Assembly (NCBI GenBank): GCA_034669525.1
Contig: JAXDNH010000116.1
Location: forward strand, 1 to 50,417
Direction of reading: 5' to 3'
DNA: 50,417 nucleotides
Source: Methylobacteriaceae bacterium
Lineage (GTDB): Bacteria; Pseudomonadota; Alphaproteobacteria; Rhizobiales; Beijerinckiaceae
The notes under the pieces were generated by a model. That model saw nothing but the letters and a program-made list of their open reading frames with translations. It had not been told where the DNA came from and ran no database searches. Both the position numbers and the translations under genes were made by a program. Shown piece after piece: positions 8,237-19,863 of the stretch. The first letter of the stretch is position 1. Every line of letters starts with the position of its first letter.

Positions 8237-8800
8237 GTGGCGGATTCAGTGGCGGCGAATTCAGTAGCGGCGCATTCGGTGGCGACCGGTTCGACTGGTC
8301 CCGAGCCGACGCGCAGAGATTTCCTTTTCATCGCGACAGGCGGCGCCGCCGTCGTGGCTGCCGGCGCAACGGTTTGGCCGCTGATCAGCCAGATGAGCCC
8401 GGACGCCTCGACCCTCGCGCTGTCGACGACCGAAGTCGACCTTTCTGGCATCGCCGCAGGTCAGATCGTTACCGTGAAGTGGCGCGGCAACCCGGTCTTC
8501 GTGCGGCATCGTACGGATAAGGAGATCAAGGAGGCGGAGGATACGCCGCTCTCGCAGCTTCCCGATCCGGCCACGGATCAGTCGCGGGTCAAAAAGCCGG
8601 AATGGCTGGTCGTGATTGGCGTCTGCACACATCTAGGTTGCGTGCCGCTTGGCCATCAAGGCCAGTATGATGGCTGGTTCTGCCCCTGCCACGGTTCGGT
8701 TTACGACACGTCGGGGCGCATTCGGCAGGGACCCGCGCCGCGCAATCTAGATCTCCCCACCTATAAGTTCACCAGCGATACGAAGATCCTGATCGGATGA
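8237..8800 (+). CDS. petA: Ubiquinol-cytochrome c reductase Rieske iron-sulfur subunit
   Basis: The product has a Tat-like [13 protein letters not shown] segment and the Rieske boxes CTHLGCVP and CPCHGSVYD. It uses a GTG start with GAGG 6 nt upstream. Confidence 0.9.
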   Translation: MADSVAANSVAAHSVATGSTGPEPTRRDFLFIATGGAAVVAAGATVWPLISQMSPDASTLALSTTEVDLSGIAAGQIVTVKWRGNPVFVRHRTDKEIKEAEDTPLSQLPDPATDQSRVKKPEWLVVIGVCTHLGCVPLGHQGQYDGWFCPCHGSVYDTSGRIRQGPAPRNLDLPTYKFTSDTKILIG

Positions 8801-8834
8801 TTCCGAGCGCGAGCCGATTGCAGAGACATATGCG

Positions 8835-10091
8835 ATGACCGGACATTCGACCTACGTTCCCAAGAGCGCACTCGCCCGCTGGTTTGAGAGCCGTCTCCCC
8901 ATCATGGGGCTCGTCCATTCCTCTTTCATCGCCTATCCGACGCCGAGAAACCTGAACTACTGGTGGACCTTCGGCGGCATCGCGACCTTCATGCTCGGCG
9001 CGCAGATCGTCACCGGTATCGTACTTGCCATGCACTATACGCCGGAAGTCACGATGGCTTTCGACTCCGTCGAAAAGATCATGCGCGACGTGAACTTCGG
9101 CTGGCTGATGCGCTACGCGCATTCGAACGGCGCCTCGATGTTCTTCGTCGCCGTTTATGTGCACATTTTCCGCAGCCTCTACTACGGCTCCTACAAGGCG
9201 CCGCGCGAAGTGCTTTGGATACTCGGCGTCATCATCTTCCTGCTGATGATGGCGACCGCGTTCATGGGCTATGTGCTTCCCTGGGGACAGATGTCGTTCT
9301 GGGGCGCCAAAGTCATCACGAGCCTGTTCTCGGCGATCCCGTTCATCGGCGATGCGATCACGATTTGGCTCTGGGGCGGCTATTCCGTCGATAATCCGAC
9401 GCTGAACCGGTTCTATTCGCTGCACTACCTCCTGCCGTTCATGATCGTCGGCGTGGTCGTGCTGCATGTCTGGGCGCTGCACGTGACAGGCCAGAACAAT
9501 CCGACGGGCGTCGAGGTCAAAAGCGTGCCGAAGGACACGGTGCCGTTCACGCCTTACGCGACGATCAAAGACGCGTTCGGCATGGTGTGCTTCTTCATCC
9601 TCTTCGCCTGGTTCGTGTTCTATGTGCCGAACCTTTTGGGCGACGCCGACAATTATATCCGTGCCAATCCCCTAGTGACGCCGGCGCATATTGTCCCGGA
9701 ATGGTATTTCCTGCCCTTCTACGCGATTCTTCGCGCAATTCCGTCGAAACTCGGCGGCGTCATCGCGATGTTCTCATCGATCGCGATCTTCATCTTCTTG
9801 CCCTGGCTGGATACGTCGCGCGTCCGCTCAGCTCGCTACCGCCCCGTCTTCAAGGTCTTTTTCTGGGTATTCGTCGCCGCTGGCATCGGTCTTGGCTATC
9901 TCGGCTCGCAACCGCCTGAAGGCGGGTTCGTGATCGCGGCACGCATCCTGACGGCCTATTACTTCCTGCATCTCCTGGTCATCATCCCGCTTCTCGGACT
10001 TTTCGAGCGGCCGCGTCCGCTTCCCGCCTCCATCGCCGATTCCGTGCTGGGGTCGGGTCGGCCCGTCGGGGCGCGAGTGGCAGCGGAATGA
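8835..10091 (+). CDS. petB: Cytochrome b
   Basis: Typical cytochrome b sequence is present ([44 protein letters not shown]). The gene lies between petA and petC. Confidence 0.9.
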   Translation: MTGHSTYVPKSALARWFESRLPIMGLVHSSFIAYPTPRNLNYWWTFGGIATFMLGAQIVTGIVLAMHYTPEVTMAFDSVEKIMRDVNFGWLMRYAHSNGASMFFVAVYVHIFRSLYYGSYKAPREVLWILGVIIFLLMMATAFMGYVLPWGQMSFWGAKVITSLFSAIPFIGDAITIWLWGGYSVDNPTLNRFYSLHYLLPFMIVGVVVLHVWALHVTGQNNPTGVEVKSVPKDTVPFTPYATIKDAFGMVCFFILFAWFVFYVPNLLGDADNYIRANPLVTPAHIVPEWYFLPFYAILRAIPSKLGGVIAMFSSIAIFIFLPWLDTSRVRSARYRPVFKVFFWVFVAAGIGLGYLGSQPPEGGFVIAARILTAYYFLHLLVIIPLLGLFERPRPLPASIADSVLGSGRPVGARVAAE

Positions 10092-11014
10092 ATACGAGCC
10101 GACCGGAAGAGTCTGTGACGAGGAACATGATGCTTTTGGTGAAGTCTGCCGGACTTGCAGCAGCGGCGCTCGTCGGCGGCGTTTTGATCGCCGCGACCGT
10201 TCTGGCGCAACAACCGCCACACGCGCCGGCAAACGAGGTCAGTAGCGACGGACATAACGATCCAGTCCCGCCGCGGCAATCATGGTCCTTCGCCGGTCCG
10301 TTCGGGAAGTTCGATCAGGCGCAGCTGCAGCGCGGCTTCAAAATCTATCGCGAGGTCTGCGCGAACTGCCATTCGATGGAGCTCGTCGCGTTCCGCAATC
10401 TTGCCGATCCCGGCGGTCCAGGCTTCTCGGAGTCGCAGGTCAAAGCGCTCGCCGCGGAATACAAGGTGAAAGACGGTCCGAATGATTCCGGCGAAATGTT
10501 CGAGCGGCCGGGTCGTCCGTCCGATCACATCCCGTGGAACTTCCCCAACGACAATGCCGCACGCGCGGCGAATGGCGGTGCGCTGCCGCCGGATATGTCG
10601 GTGCTAGCCAAGGCACGCAGCTTCAGCCGCGGCTTTCCGTGGTTCATCATCGACGGCGTGATTCAATACCAGGAGAAGGGGGCCGACTACATTGCCGGCA
10701 TCCTCAACGGCTATAAGGACCCGCCGCCGCCAGGCGTCCAACTGCAGCCGGGGCAGTACTACAACGAGTTTATTGCCGGTCATAAGATTGCGATGCCGAA
10801 GCCGCTGAACGACGGGCAGATAGATTATCCCGACGGCTCGCCGACGACGGTGCCACAATATGCCAAGGACATTTCCGCATTCCTCATGTGGACGGCCGAG
10901 CCGAAACTTGAGGAGCGCAAGCGGACGGGCTTCCGGGTTGTCGTGTTCCTGATCCTCTTCGCAGGACTGCTCTATTACACCAAGAAGAAGATCTGGACCG
11001 AAATCGCGCACTAA
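10088..11014 (+). CDS. petC: Cytochrome c1
   Basis: The CANCHS haem-binding motif is present, along with a C-terminal membrane anchor ([20 protein letters not shown]). The ATG overlaps the petB stop (ATGA). The true start or signal peptide may be the [15 protein letters not shown] segment slightly downstream. Confidence 0.85.
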   Translation: MNTSRPEESVTRNMMLLVKSAGLAAAALVGGVLIAATVLAQQPPHAPANEVSSDGHNDPVPPRQSWSFAGPFGKFDQAQLQRGFKIYREVCANCHSMELVAFRNLADPGGPGFSESQVKALAAEYKVKDGPNDSGEMFERPGRPSDHIPWNFPNDNAARAANGGALPPDMSVLAKARSFSRGFPWFIIDGVIQYQEKGADYIAGILNGYKDPPPPGVQLQPGQYYNEFIAGHKIAMPKPLNDGQIDYPDGSPTTVPQYAKDISAFLMWTAEPKLEERKRTGFRVVVFLILFAGLLYYTKKKIWTEIAH

Positions 11015-11061
11015 GGACAGACGACATATGGCAGGCGACAGATCTGTGTGTCGTCCGTCCT
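11014..11061. terminator. Imperfect inverted repeat between convergent petC and the EF-G-like gene
   Basis: AGGACAGACGACA (11014-11026) pairs with TGTCGTCCGTCCT (11049-11061) with one mismatch. The repeat encloses the perfect palindrome ACAGATCTGT and is followed by T-rich CTGTCTATCT. Confidence 0.35.
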
Positions 11062-11069
11062 CTGTCTAT

Positions 11070-13172
11070 CTAATGCCCCGCCGCGGCAGCCCGTGCCTGC
11101 GCCGCCTGTGAGACGATTTGATCTGCGGGGCGTCCCACAATCTCGGCGAGATGATCAAAGCGCGCGGTGTAAGTGCCGACGCCGGCCGTCGCGGAACGCA
11201 ATTCGACGATGAGATCGCCCATTTCCGCTTCGGGGATCAGGGCCTCTATCGTGTCCCAGCCTTCCCAACCGGGGCGGCCGTCATAACCGAGAATTTGGCC
11301 GCGCCGACTCGAGGCGATCCCGGTCACACGCGACAGGCTCTCGCTCGGCGTCGAGATCGACACCGCGAGGACCGGTTCGAGCAGCACCGGCTTGCACTTC
11401 GGCAGCCCCTCGTTCATGGCGATCTTCGCTGCTTGGCGGAACGCCATGTCGGACGAGTCTACGGTATGATAACTGCCGTCGGTCAGCGTCACCGCGACAT
11501 CGACGACGGGAAAGCCGAGGGGACCGCGCGTCAACGCATCGCGGCAGCCGGCTTCAACCGACGAGAAATATTGCCGCGGCACGGTGCCGCCATGCACCGT
11601 TTCATTGAACGCGAAGCCTTCGGAGCGCGCGCGCGGCTTGATGTCGATGACGACATCGCCGAACTGGCCGTGGCCGCCCGATTGCTTTTTATGGCGGCCG
11701 CGGATTGTCGCCGCCTCGCGGATGGTCTCGCAATAAGAGACCGACGGCTTCTTCGCTTCGACGGTCACACCGAAGCGGGCAGCGAGTTTCTCCAGAGCGA
11801 CGCGCACATGCATCTCGCCCTGGCCGAACAGCTTCATCTCGCCGGAGGCCTGGTCTTGCACGAAGCTCAGCGATGGGTCTTCTTCGGCGAGTTTTGCGAT
11901 TGCCGCCGCCATGCGAACTTCGTCCTTGCGATCGCGCACCTTCAAGGCCAGTGCGTGCACCGGCTGCGGCGGTGTGGGTTTCGGCAACGCGGCGCCGTTG
12001 CCTGCTGCGGCCGCGCGCGCTTTCGCGTCGCCCGCCTTGGCGTCCGTGAATGATTCACCCGTCGCGACATGATCAAGACGACCGAAGGCGACCGTGTCGC
12101 CTTCCTCGGCGCGCGGCTGCTTGGACGTAGTTGCGCCCATCAGCCGCGATATGCCGCCGATGCGGTCCTCTTCTCCAGATGCGGTCGTGACGGTTGCACC
12201 ATCGGCAAACGATCCGCGAAGCACGCGCGCGACCGACAGCTTGCCGCCATGCGCGGTGTGGATCGTGCGCATCACGTGCGCAAGCGGCAGACCGTCGCTC
12301 GCCACACCAATGCGTCCGCGCGTTTGCGCCAATCCTGGCGCTTCATGGCGCAGCGCCTTCAGGAGCCGCGTCACACCATTGCCCCGCTCCGCGCTGCCGA
12401 TGAGCAGCGGCACGACGCGTCCGGCGCGCAGCTCGCGCGTCAGATCGTCAAAGACCTGGTCCCGCGGCGGCTCGATGTCGGAGATCAGTTCTTCCATGAG
12501 CGCGTCGTCATAGTCGGCGAGGCGCTCCAGCATGGAATACCGCGCTTCCTTCTCGCGCGGCATTTCGCCGGCCGGCACGTCAACCACCGTCGAGGGAGCA
12601 TGTTCGCGATAGACGAAGGCGCGTTCGAGCGCGAGGTCGATGAAACCGGTAGCAATGCCGTTTTGCCAAACTGGGATTTGCCGCACGATCAGCGGCGAGC
12701 GCGACGCGGGCTGCAGCATCGCCAGAGTCTCGCGCACGCGCGACGTGGCGATATCGATCTTATTAAGGAAGATCAGGCGCGGAATGCCGAGTTCTTCCAG
12801 TTCACGTAACACGAGTTGCAGCGCCGGGATCTTGCGCTGATCCGCCTCGCACACAACGATTACGGCATCGCAGAGCGGCAGCACATTTGGCAAATCGTAG
12901 GCGAATTCGATAGATCCTGGGCAATCCACAAAGGTAAAGCGGTCGCCAAGGTAGTCGGTCGAAGCGATATTGGCTTCGATACTCATTGCATGCGCGCGGG
13001 CCTCGGCACTCGAATCGCCGACGCTCGAGCCGTCGCGCACATTGCCCTGCCGCGACAATGCCCCGGTGCGGGCGAGGATGCTTTCTAAAAGCGTGGTCTT
13101 GCCGCTCTGGAAGGGACCGACGAGCGCGATCAGCCGCGGTCCCGAAACTCGTCTGTCGCCGTTATCAGCCAT
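11070..13172 (-). CDS. Elongation factor G-like translational GTPase (paralogue)
   Basis: The product has a P-loop (GPFQSGKTTL), NKID, and EF-G domains II-V (HKKQSGGHGQFGDV). GGGAGG lies 7 nt upstream of the ATG at 13172. Switch II reads DCPGS instead of DTPGH. Confidence 0.8.
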   Translation of the reverse strand: MADNGDRRVSGPRLIALVGPFQSGKTTLLESILARTGALSRQGNVRDGSSVGDSSAEARAHAMSIEANIASTDYLGDRFTFVDCPGSIEFAYDLPNVLPLCDAVIVVCEADQRKIPALQLVLRELEELGIPRLIFLNKIDIATSRVRETLAMLQPASRSPLIVRQIPVWQNGIATGFIDLALERAFVYREHAPSTVVDVPAGEMPREKEARYSMLERLADYDDALMEELISDIEPPRDQVFDDLTRELRAGRVVPLLIGSAERGNGVTRLLKALRHEAPGLAQTRGRIGVASDGLPLAHVMRTIHTAHGGKLSVARVLRGSFADGATVTTASGEEDRIGGISRLMGATTSKQPRAEEGDTVAFGRLDHVATGESFTDAKAGDAKARAAAAGNGAALPKPTPPQPVHALALKVRDRKDEVRMAAAIAKLAEEDPSLSFVQDQASGEMKLFGQGEMHVRVALEKLAARFGVTVEAKKPSVSYCETIREAATIRGRHKKQSGGHGQFGDVVIDIKPRARSEGFAFNETVHGGTVPRQYFSSVEAGCRDALTRGPLGFPVVDVAVTLTDGSYHTVDSSDMAFRQAAKIAMNEGLPKCKPVLLEPVLAVSISTPSESLSRVTGIASSRRGQILGYDGRPGWEGWDTIEALIPEAEMGDLIVELRSATAGVGTYTARFDHLAEIVGRPADQIVSQAAQARAAAAGH

Positions 13173-13301
13173 GACGTGCGCCTCCCTTGAGGCGCGCCGT
13201 GTCACCGCGCGGTGCCGCGCGCCATTGTCACAATGCTTTCATCTGAGGCGGGGGAGCGCAAGGGGCGCGGCCCCGCCGAAGCGGGACCGCAATGTATGCG
13301 A

Positions 13302-14522
<1,221 letters not shown>

Positions 14523-14683
14523 TCATCGGCCGTCGCGCGCCCCTTGGCGCGCGGGCGGAACATAGGTGCAGTGCGGGAGGAGGGCAATTCAAATGATGCC
14601 GTGACGCACAGATGTAGCGGCGCGGCTGCCGCAATGGCACCCTCTCTGGCAGGTGAGCCGCGCCGCGGCACCGCCGTCTGGAT

Positions 14684-14941
14684 TCAGTAGGTGCCTTGCT
14701 GCGCGGGCGGCGGCGATCCCGGCGGTCGCTGCATCCGCATTTCCCGCTTGTATTCGCGGCGCTTGTGGACACCCACTGCACACCCCGCAATGGCGCCCAT
14801 GACGCCGTGATGGCCCGCATAGTGGCCGGCGGCTGCGCCCGCCGCGCCGTATTTCAGGCAGCCGCCGGGCTTCGCCTGTGCCGTGAGCGGCATCGCCAAA
14901 ATCGCGAGCACGAACCCGGCGCTCAGGACCAATTTCGTCAT
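14684..14941 (-). CDS. Small secreted glycine-zipper protein
   Basis: A signal peptide (MTKLVLSAGFVLAILAMPLTAQA) is followed by a Gly/Ala-rich zipper (YGAAGAAAGHYAGHHGVMGAIAGCAVG). GGGAG lies upstream of the ATG at 14941. Confidence 0.5.
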   Translation of the reverse strand: MTKLVLSAGFVLAILAMPLTAQAKPGGCLKYGAAGAAAGHYAGHHGVMGAIAGCAVGVHKRREYKREMRMQRPPGSPPPAQQGTY

Positions 14942-15009
14942 GCAAATCTCCCTCGAGCCCAAAAGGCCGGCGGTCAGATAATCCCGAGCCGGGCAGGAGG
15001 TTGCCTTGG

Positions 15010-15741
15010 CTATTTGAGCCCAAAATAGGCGCGGGCCAGCGCATCGTTCTGCCGGAGATCGCTGACCAGCCCGGCAAAGCCGATCCGCCCGCCTTCGAGC
15101 ACAAAGACACGATCGGCGACGTCGAGAAAGCTCACATTCTGCTCGGCGATCAGCAACGAAAGCCCATGCGTGCGCAGATCAGACAAGGTCTTCACGACCT
15201 CGCGCACGAAGAGCGGCGAAAGGCCGGCCGAGGGCTCGTCCATGATGAGCAGCTGCGGATCGGCGGCGAGCGCCTTGGCGATGCCGAGCATTTTGCGCTG
15301 ACCGCCGGACAGGCTGCTTGCGGCGGCGCGGCGCTTCTCCTTCAGGATGGGGAAGATTGCGTAGAGTTCGTCGGCGCGGGCACGCGCGCGTCTTGCATCG
15401 AGCGTTTGCGCGCCGATGCGGATATTCTCTTCGATCGACAACGCCTGGAACACCGCAATCTCCGACATGAAGGCGAGGCCGCGGCGCACGCGTTGGTCGG
15501 TGCGCATGCGAGTCAGATTCTCGCCGTCGAAGCGGATCGTTCCGCTTGAGACGCGGACGAGGCCGAGCAGCGCTTTCAGGAACGTCGTCTTGCCGGCGCC
15601 GTTGGCGCCGAGCAGCACGATGGTCTCGCCTTGGCCGACCTGGAGATCGACGCCCCACAAAACCTGCAGCGAGCCGTAGCCGGCTTCGATGCCAATCGCT
15701 TCGAGCCGCGTCGTCGGCGTGACCGCAGTTTCAGGCGGCAT
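15010..15741 (-). CDS. livF: Branched-chain amino acid-type ABC transporter ATP-binding protein (LivF-like)
   Basis: The product has Walker A (GANGAGKTT), the LSGGQRKML signature and Walker B (LLIMDEPS). It is the last gene of the liv-type operon. Confidence 0.85.
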   Translation of the reverse strand: MPPETAVTPTTRLEAIGIEAGYGSLQVLWGVDLQVGQGETIVLLGANGAGKTTFLKALLGLVRVSSGTIRFDGENLTRMRTDQRVRRGLAFMSEIAVFQALSIEENIRIGAQTLDARRARARADELYAIFPILKEKRRAAASSLSGGQRKMLGIAKALAADPQLLIMDEPSAGLSPLFVREVVKTLSDLRTHGLSLLIAEQNVSFLDVADRVFVLEGGRIGFAGLVSDLRQNDALARAYFGLK

Positions 15742-16465
15742 GCGCGCCTCCGAGGAACACTTCGATCACCTGCGGCACGCGCACGGCGTCGGCGAGCCTG
15801 CCTTCAAAAATCTCCTTGCCCGCATTGAGCACGATAACGCGGTCGGTCACCTGCTCGATGAACCCCATAAGATGCTCGACGACGATGATCGCCATGTTCG
15901 TGCGCGCAAGTTCTTTGAGCTTGCCGCCGACCCATTCGAGTTCACGCGGGTTCAGGCCGGCGGCAAGCTCGTCCACGAGAAGCAGGCGCGGGCCGGTCGC
16001 CAGCGCGCGGGCGAGATCGAGCATCTTTTGCTGGGCGCTGTTCAATTCGCCGGCGCGGCGATCTGCGACCCTGGTGAGATCAAGCGATTCGAGGAGCGGC
16101 CGCGCGTCGGGGAGGCCTTCGGGATGGTTGCCATAAGCGACCGCGACCTCGATGTTTTCGCGCACGGTCAGCGAGAGAAACGGCTTCGGCACTTGGAAAG
16201 TGCGATTTATGCCGAGATGAACGAGATGATGCGATTTTGTGCCGCTGATGCTTTTGCCTTCGAACAGCACTTCGCCACCATCGGCGGGATAAAGGCCGGA
16301 AATGACATTGATGCAGGTCGTCTTGCCCGAGCCGTTGGGGCCGACGAGGCCGAGCACTTCGCCTGGCGAGATCGATAGCGTGAGACCGTCGAGGGCGCGA
16401 AATCCGCCGAAACGTTTGACGAGGTTTGTGATTGCGAGAAGCGGTACCGTCTCAGGGGACATCAA
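15731..16465 (-). CDS. livG: Branched-chain amino acid-type ABC transporter ATP-binding protein (LivG-like)
   Basis: The product has GPNGSGKTT, LNSAQQKMLDLARAL and LLLVDELAAGL. It overlaps both neighbouring genes. Confidence 0.85.
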   Translation of the reverse strand: MMSPETVPLLAITNLVKRFGGFRALDGLTLSISPGEVLGLVGPNGSGKTTCINVISGLYPADGGEVLFEGKSISGTKSHHLVHLGINRTFQVPKPFLSLTVRENIEVAVAYGNHPEGLPDARPLLESLDLTRVADRRAGELNSAQQKMLDLARALATGPRLLLVDELAAGLNPRELEWVGGKLKELARTNMAIIVVEHLMGFIEQVTDRVIVLNAGKEIFEGRLADAVRVPQVIEVFLGGAHAA

Positions 16466-17402
16466 TGCCCCGCCGCTGCAACAATGACGTCAATCCGTTC
16501 GGCAAGAACAGGACCAACGCCATTATGAGGAAGCCGTAGATCAGCTGAAAATATTGCGGCGCCGAGACGCCGATTACATTGTAGACGCCGTAAAGGATGA
16601 CGACGCCGATGATCGGCCCGAGCAGGGTAGACGTGCCGCCGAACAAAGCAAAGACGATCGCGAAAATCGAGAATTCGGCGCCGAACACGGTCTCGGGAAA
16701 GAACACGGAGACATACCAGGCGAAGACGCCGCCGGTGAACCCGGCGACAAGCGCACACGCAAGCCAGGCGATCATGCGGGCGCGCACGACGTCGATGCCG
16801 GCCATGCTGGCGCTGAACAGATTTTCCCGGATCGCCTGCAGTGCGAGGCCGAAATTCGACGAGCGCAGATAAGCGACGAAAAGCAGCGTCGCTGCGAGAA
16901 TGACGAGCGCCATTGCGTAGGCAAGCGTTGGGTTAAAGACGCCGGTGAGGCTGATGCCGTAGGGACCGCGGGTGATATCCTCGAGATTGGGATTGGAAAT
17001 GATCTGCAGAACTGCGAGCGACGCGGCGAGATTGGCAATCGAAAAATACGCGCCGGATAGTCTGAGCAGCGGCGCAAGCAGAAGGCCGAGCGCGCCGGCC
17101 GCGGCACCTGCCGCGATCAGGGCGGCGAGCGGTGGTGCCTTCAGATGCAGGACGGCAACGGAAAACCCGTATGCGCCGGCGCCGAAGAAGCCAACATAAC
17201 CGAACGGCAAATAGCCGGTGAAGCCGTAGAGAATATTCACGCCCTGCGCGAGCGTGAGGAACACGACGAAATTGAACAGAAGCAGATGGTTCGAATAAAG
17301 TGATGGCAGGATCGCCATGATGGCGATCACCGGCACCACGATAAGCGCCGCATCGCGCAGAAACCTCGGCGATATCTTACGCAAGCCGCACCCGTCGTCC
17401 AA
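16452..17402 (-). CDS. livM: Branched-chain amino acid-type ABC transporter permease (LivM-like)
   Basis: This is a polytopic membrane protein with LivM-like blocks (GYLPFGYVGFFGAGAY). It sits in operon context. Confidence 0.8.
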   Translation of the reverse strand: MDDGCGLRKISPRFLRDAALIVVPVIAIMAILPSLYSNHLLLFNFVVFLTLAQGVNILYGFTGYLPFGYVGFFGAGAYGFSVAVLHLKAPPLAALIAAGAAAGALGLLLAPLLRLSGAYFSIANLAASLAVLQIISNPNLEDITRGPYGISLTGVFNPTLAYAMALVILAATLLFVAYLRSSNFGLALQAIRENLFSASMAGIDVVRARMIAWLACALVAGFTGGVFAWYVSVFFPETVFGAEFSIFAIVFALFGGTSTLLGPIIGVVILYGVYNVIGVSAPQYFQLIYGFLIMALVLFLPNGLTSLLQRRGIDVP

Positions 17403-18300
17403 GGAGACCGCTCGGGCGCACGAGCAGGATTGCGATCAATAGCAGATAGGGCAGGAGGTTGGCCCAGGAGCTGAGATAGCTCTGCATGAGCATGTATGAG
17501 ACGCCATAAATAATGCCGCCGAGGACGGTGCCGAGCGGATTTCCGAGCGAGCCGATGACGATCACCGCGAAGGACGTCACCGTCGCCTCAACGCCTATTG
17601 CCGGCGTGATCGAGCCAAGCATGAACGGCGCGAAGACCCCGCCGATTGCGGCAAGCGCAATGCCGATCGCAAACGCGATCGCGGAGACGCGATGCGTGTC
17701 GATACCGGTCGATAATGCTTCTTCGCGATCAGCCATGACGGCCCGCGTCAATGCGCCGAGGCGCGTGCGATAGAGATAGAGATAGACGCAAAGGACGGCG
17801 ACGAGGCTGGCAACGCCCGCCACAACCCATGCCGCGGGAAAAGTCTGGCCGAAAATTTCGGCCGGGCCGCTCTCCATATTCGCCCCGGGAAAGAGATTAA
17901 CGAAGCCGGCGAGGGCGCGGCCGAGTTCGCCGCCGGGGATTGACCGCTCGCTGCGTCCGAAAACAATCCCAGAAACCGCCTCGATCACCTGCGATAATCC
18001 GAAGAACAGGATGATTGAGAGCATTTCTGGGTCTTTGGCCGCGAGCAGCCGCGGAACGAGAATGTAGTAAAGCGGCAAGCCGATCAGCACGAAAAGCAGG
18101 AAGGCCAGCGGAATGACGGCCACGGGATTAATCTCGCTGAGGGTGTAAAGCCAGAAGGCGAGATAGGCGCCGAGCATCAGGAAATCGCCATGGGCGAGGT
18201 TGACGATTCGCATGACGCCGAAGACGAGGTTCAGCCCGAGGCCAACGAGGCTGAAGTAAAGGCCGAAAAGAATTCCGGCGAAGAGGGTGTAGGCCAGCAT
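17377..18300 (-). CDS. livH: Branched-chain amino acid-type ABC transporter permease (LivH-like)
   Basis: MLAYTLFAGILFGLYFSLVGLGLNLVFGVMRIVNLAHGDF is a typical LivH N-terminus. The track start at 18360 adds 20 atypical residues. Confidence 0.8.
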   Translation of the reverse strand: MLAYTLFAGILFGLYFSLVGLGLNLVFGVMRIVNLAHGDFLMLGAYLAFWLYTLSEINPVAVIPLAFLLFVLIGLPLYYILVPRLLAAKDPEMLSIILFFGLSQVIEAVSGIVFGRSERSIPGGELGRALAGFVNLFPGANMESGPAEIFGQTFPAAWVVAGVASLVAVLCVYLYLYRTRLGALTRAVMADREEALSTGIDTHRVSAIAFAIGIALAAIGGVFAPFMLGSITPAIGVEATVTSFAVIVIGSLGNPLGTVLGGIIYGVSYMLMQSYLSSWANLLPYLLLIAILLVRPSGLLGRRVRLA

Positions 18301-18430
18301 TACTGCGGTGTTCCACTTTCCCGGACGCTCGCAGCGCGATCGGGGACCCAGAGCAAACACGTCTGCCCCTGGACCCCGGATCGCCTTTGGCGTCCCGGGA
18401 CGTGGCTCCTCTTGATCACTGCATCAAGCC

Positions 18431-19684
18431 TTAGGGCCGCGGATAGATCGGCTTACCGTTGGCATTCTCGTGCGGATAGATGCTGACGAAATGCAGGTGC
18501 CCGTCCTTGTCGGGGACGAGCTGACCGACCGGCATCAATTCGCCGGTCTGGGCGCCGGTGTCGTCAAGCGCGAACGTGCCGTCGAGCGTCTTGAGATTGC
18601 CGGAGAGGCTGAACACGGCGCGGCGAATTTCGAGCTGGTCCATGCTGGTTGCGACCGACATCGCCTTTTCCATGACAAGTCCGGTCGTGTAGCCGGCAAC
18701 CGAGTTGAAGCCGAATTCGACCTTTCCGTCCGTATACTTCTTCTTCCACACATCTTTGAACTGATCGAGATTCATGCCGAAATTGACATCGTATTTGATC
18801 TCGGACGCCGGGACGTAGGTGAAGACGTATTGCAGTCCCTTATTGCCGACATTCTTTTCGAGAAGCTCGGTCTCAAGGCCCGGATAAATGCAAAACAGCA
18901 TCTTGAACTTGATGCCGTTGTCCTGGAGGTTGCGGAGGAAGGCGATATCGTTTGGCGCATAGCCGAGATGGATCACCGCGTCCGGATTTGTCGCACGGAT
19001 ATTGTTGATGAGTACGGTGTAGTTCGACGTCTCGGTTGGAACGCCCTGATCGAAGACGATCTCGACTTTGTCGCCCGCTTCCTTGAGGAATTTCTTCACC
19101 GCATTCGCCTGCGTGCCGGTGAACTCGTTCGTTGCATAAAGGATAGCGACGCGCTTGATGCCGAGTCCCGGTCCGTCATAGGACAGGAAGTCAGCGACAG
19201 GTTTTGGCCAGATCGTCGAGGCCGGATCGGCCATGAGCGCGATATACGGATTATCTTTGGTGAAGAAGGCGGCTCCCGTGCCGGTCTGATCGAACAGGAA
19301 CATTTTGCGATCGCGCGCGATCGGCACGGCCACCGAGGTGAGCACCGAGCCCGAATCGGCGACAAGAAGATCGACCTTGTCTTGCGTGATCAACTGATTG
19401 TACAGCGTCGCCGCGGTCGCCGTATTGCTCTGGTCGTCATAAGCGATGAGCTTGATCGGCAGCTTCTTGTCATAGGCTTTGACATACATGCCGCCTTCGG
19501 CATTTTTCTGATCGATCCAAAGCTTCAGGCCGTAATGCACCGGCATCGAGATCGAGGCGTAGCGGCCTGATGATGCGTAAAGTGTGCCGATCTTGATGTC
19601 AGTCGGCGCCTCCTGCGCCTGCAACGCTGTTGCCCAGGCGAGCCCCGCCAAGCCTGCGAAGGCGCCGATCATCCTCCCCTTCAT
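18431..19684 (-). CDS. ABC transporter periplasmic substrate-binding protein (Leu/Ile/Val-binding family)
   Basis: A signal peptide is followed by type-I periplasmic binding protein-like sequence (IKIGTLYASSGRYASI). GAGGAG lies 6 nt upstream of the ATG. It is the first gene of the operon, and the ligand is unknown. Confidence 0.8.
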   Translation of the reverse strand: MKGRMIGAFAGLAGLAWATALQAQEAPTDIKIGTLYASSGRYASISMPVHYGLKLWIDQKNAEGGMYVKAYDKKLPIKLIAYDDQSNTATAATLYNQLITQDKVDLLVADSGSVLTSVAVPIARDRKMFLFDQTGTGAAFFTKDNPYIALMADPASTIWPKPVADFLSYDGPGLGIKRVAILYATNEFTGTQANAVKKFLKEAGDKVEIVFDQGVPTETSNYTVLINNIRATNPDAVIHLGYAPNDIAFLRNLQDNGIKFKMLFCIYPGLETELLEKNVGNKGLQYVFTYVPASEIKYDVNFGMNLDQFKDVWKKKYTDGKVEFGFNSVAGYTTGLVMEKAMSVATSMDQLEIRRAVFSLSGNLKTLDGTFALDDTGAQTGELMPVGQLVPDKDGHLHFVSIYPHENANGKPIYPRP

Positions 19685-19863
19685 GAATATCTCCTCTTGA
19701 TTGGTTGGCCGGACGCTATCACAGGCCTAGGTGATGACAAGGTGAAGCTGGCAATTCGTCCCATAGTCAAGCGCCGCAGATTGCGCCAGAAGGCGCTGGC
19801 CTCGCGCGCCGAATTGCGGCAGGACATTTGCGCGTTGGCCGAGAGAAAAGCCAGGAGGAGTTG

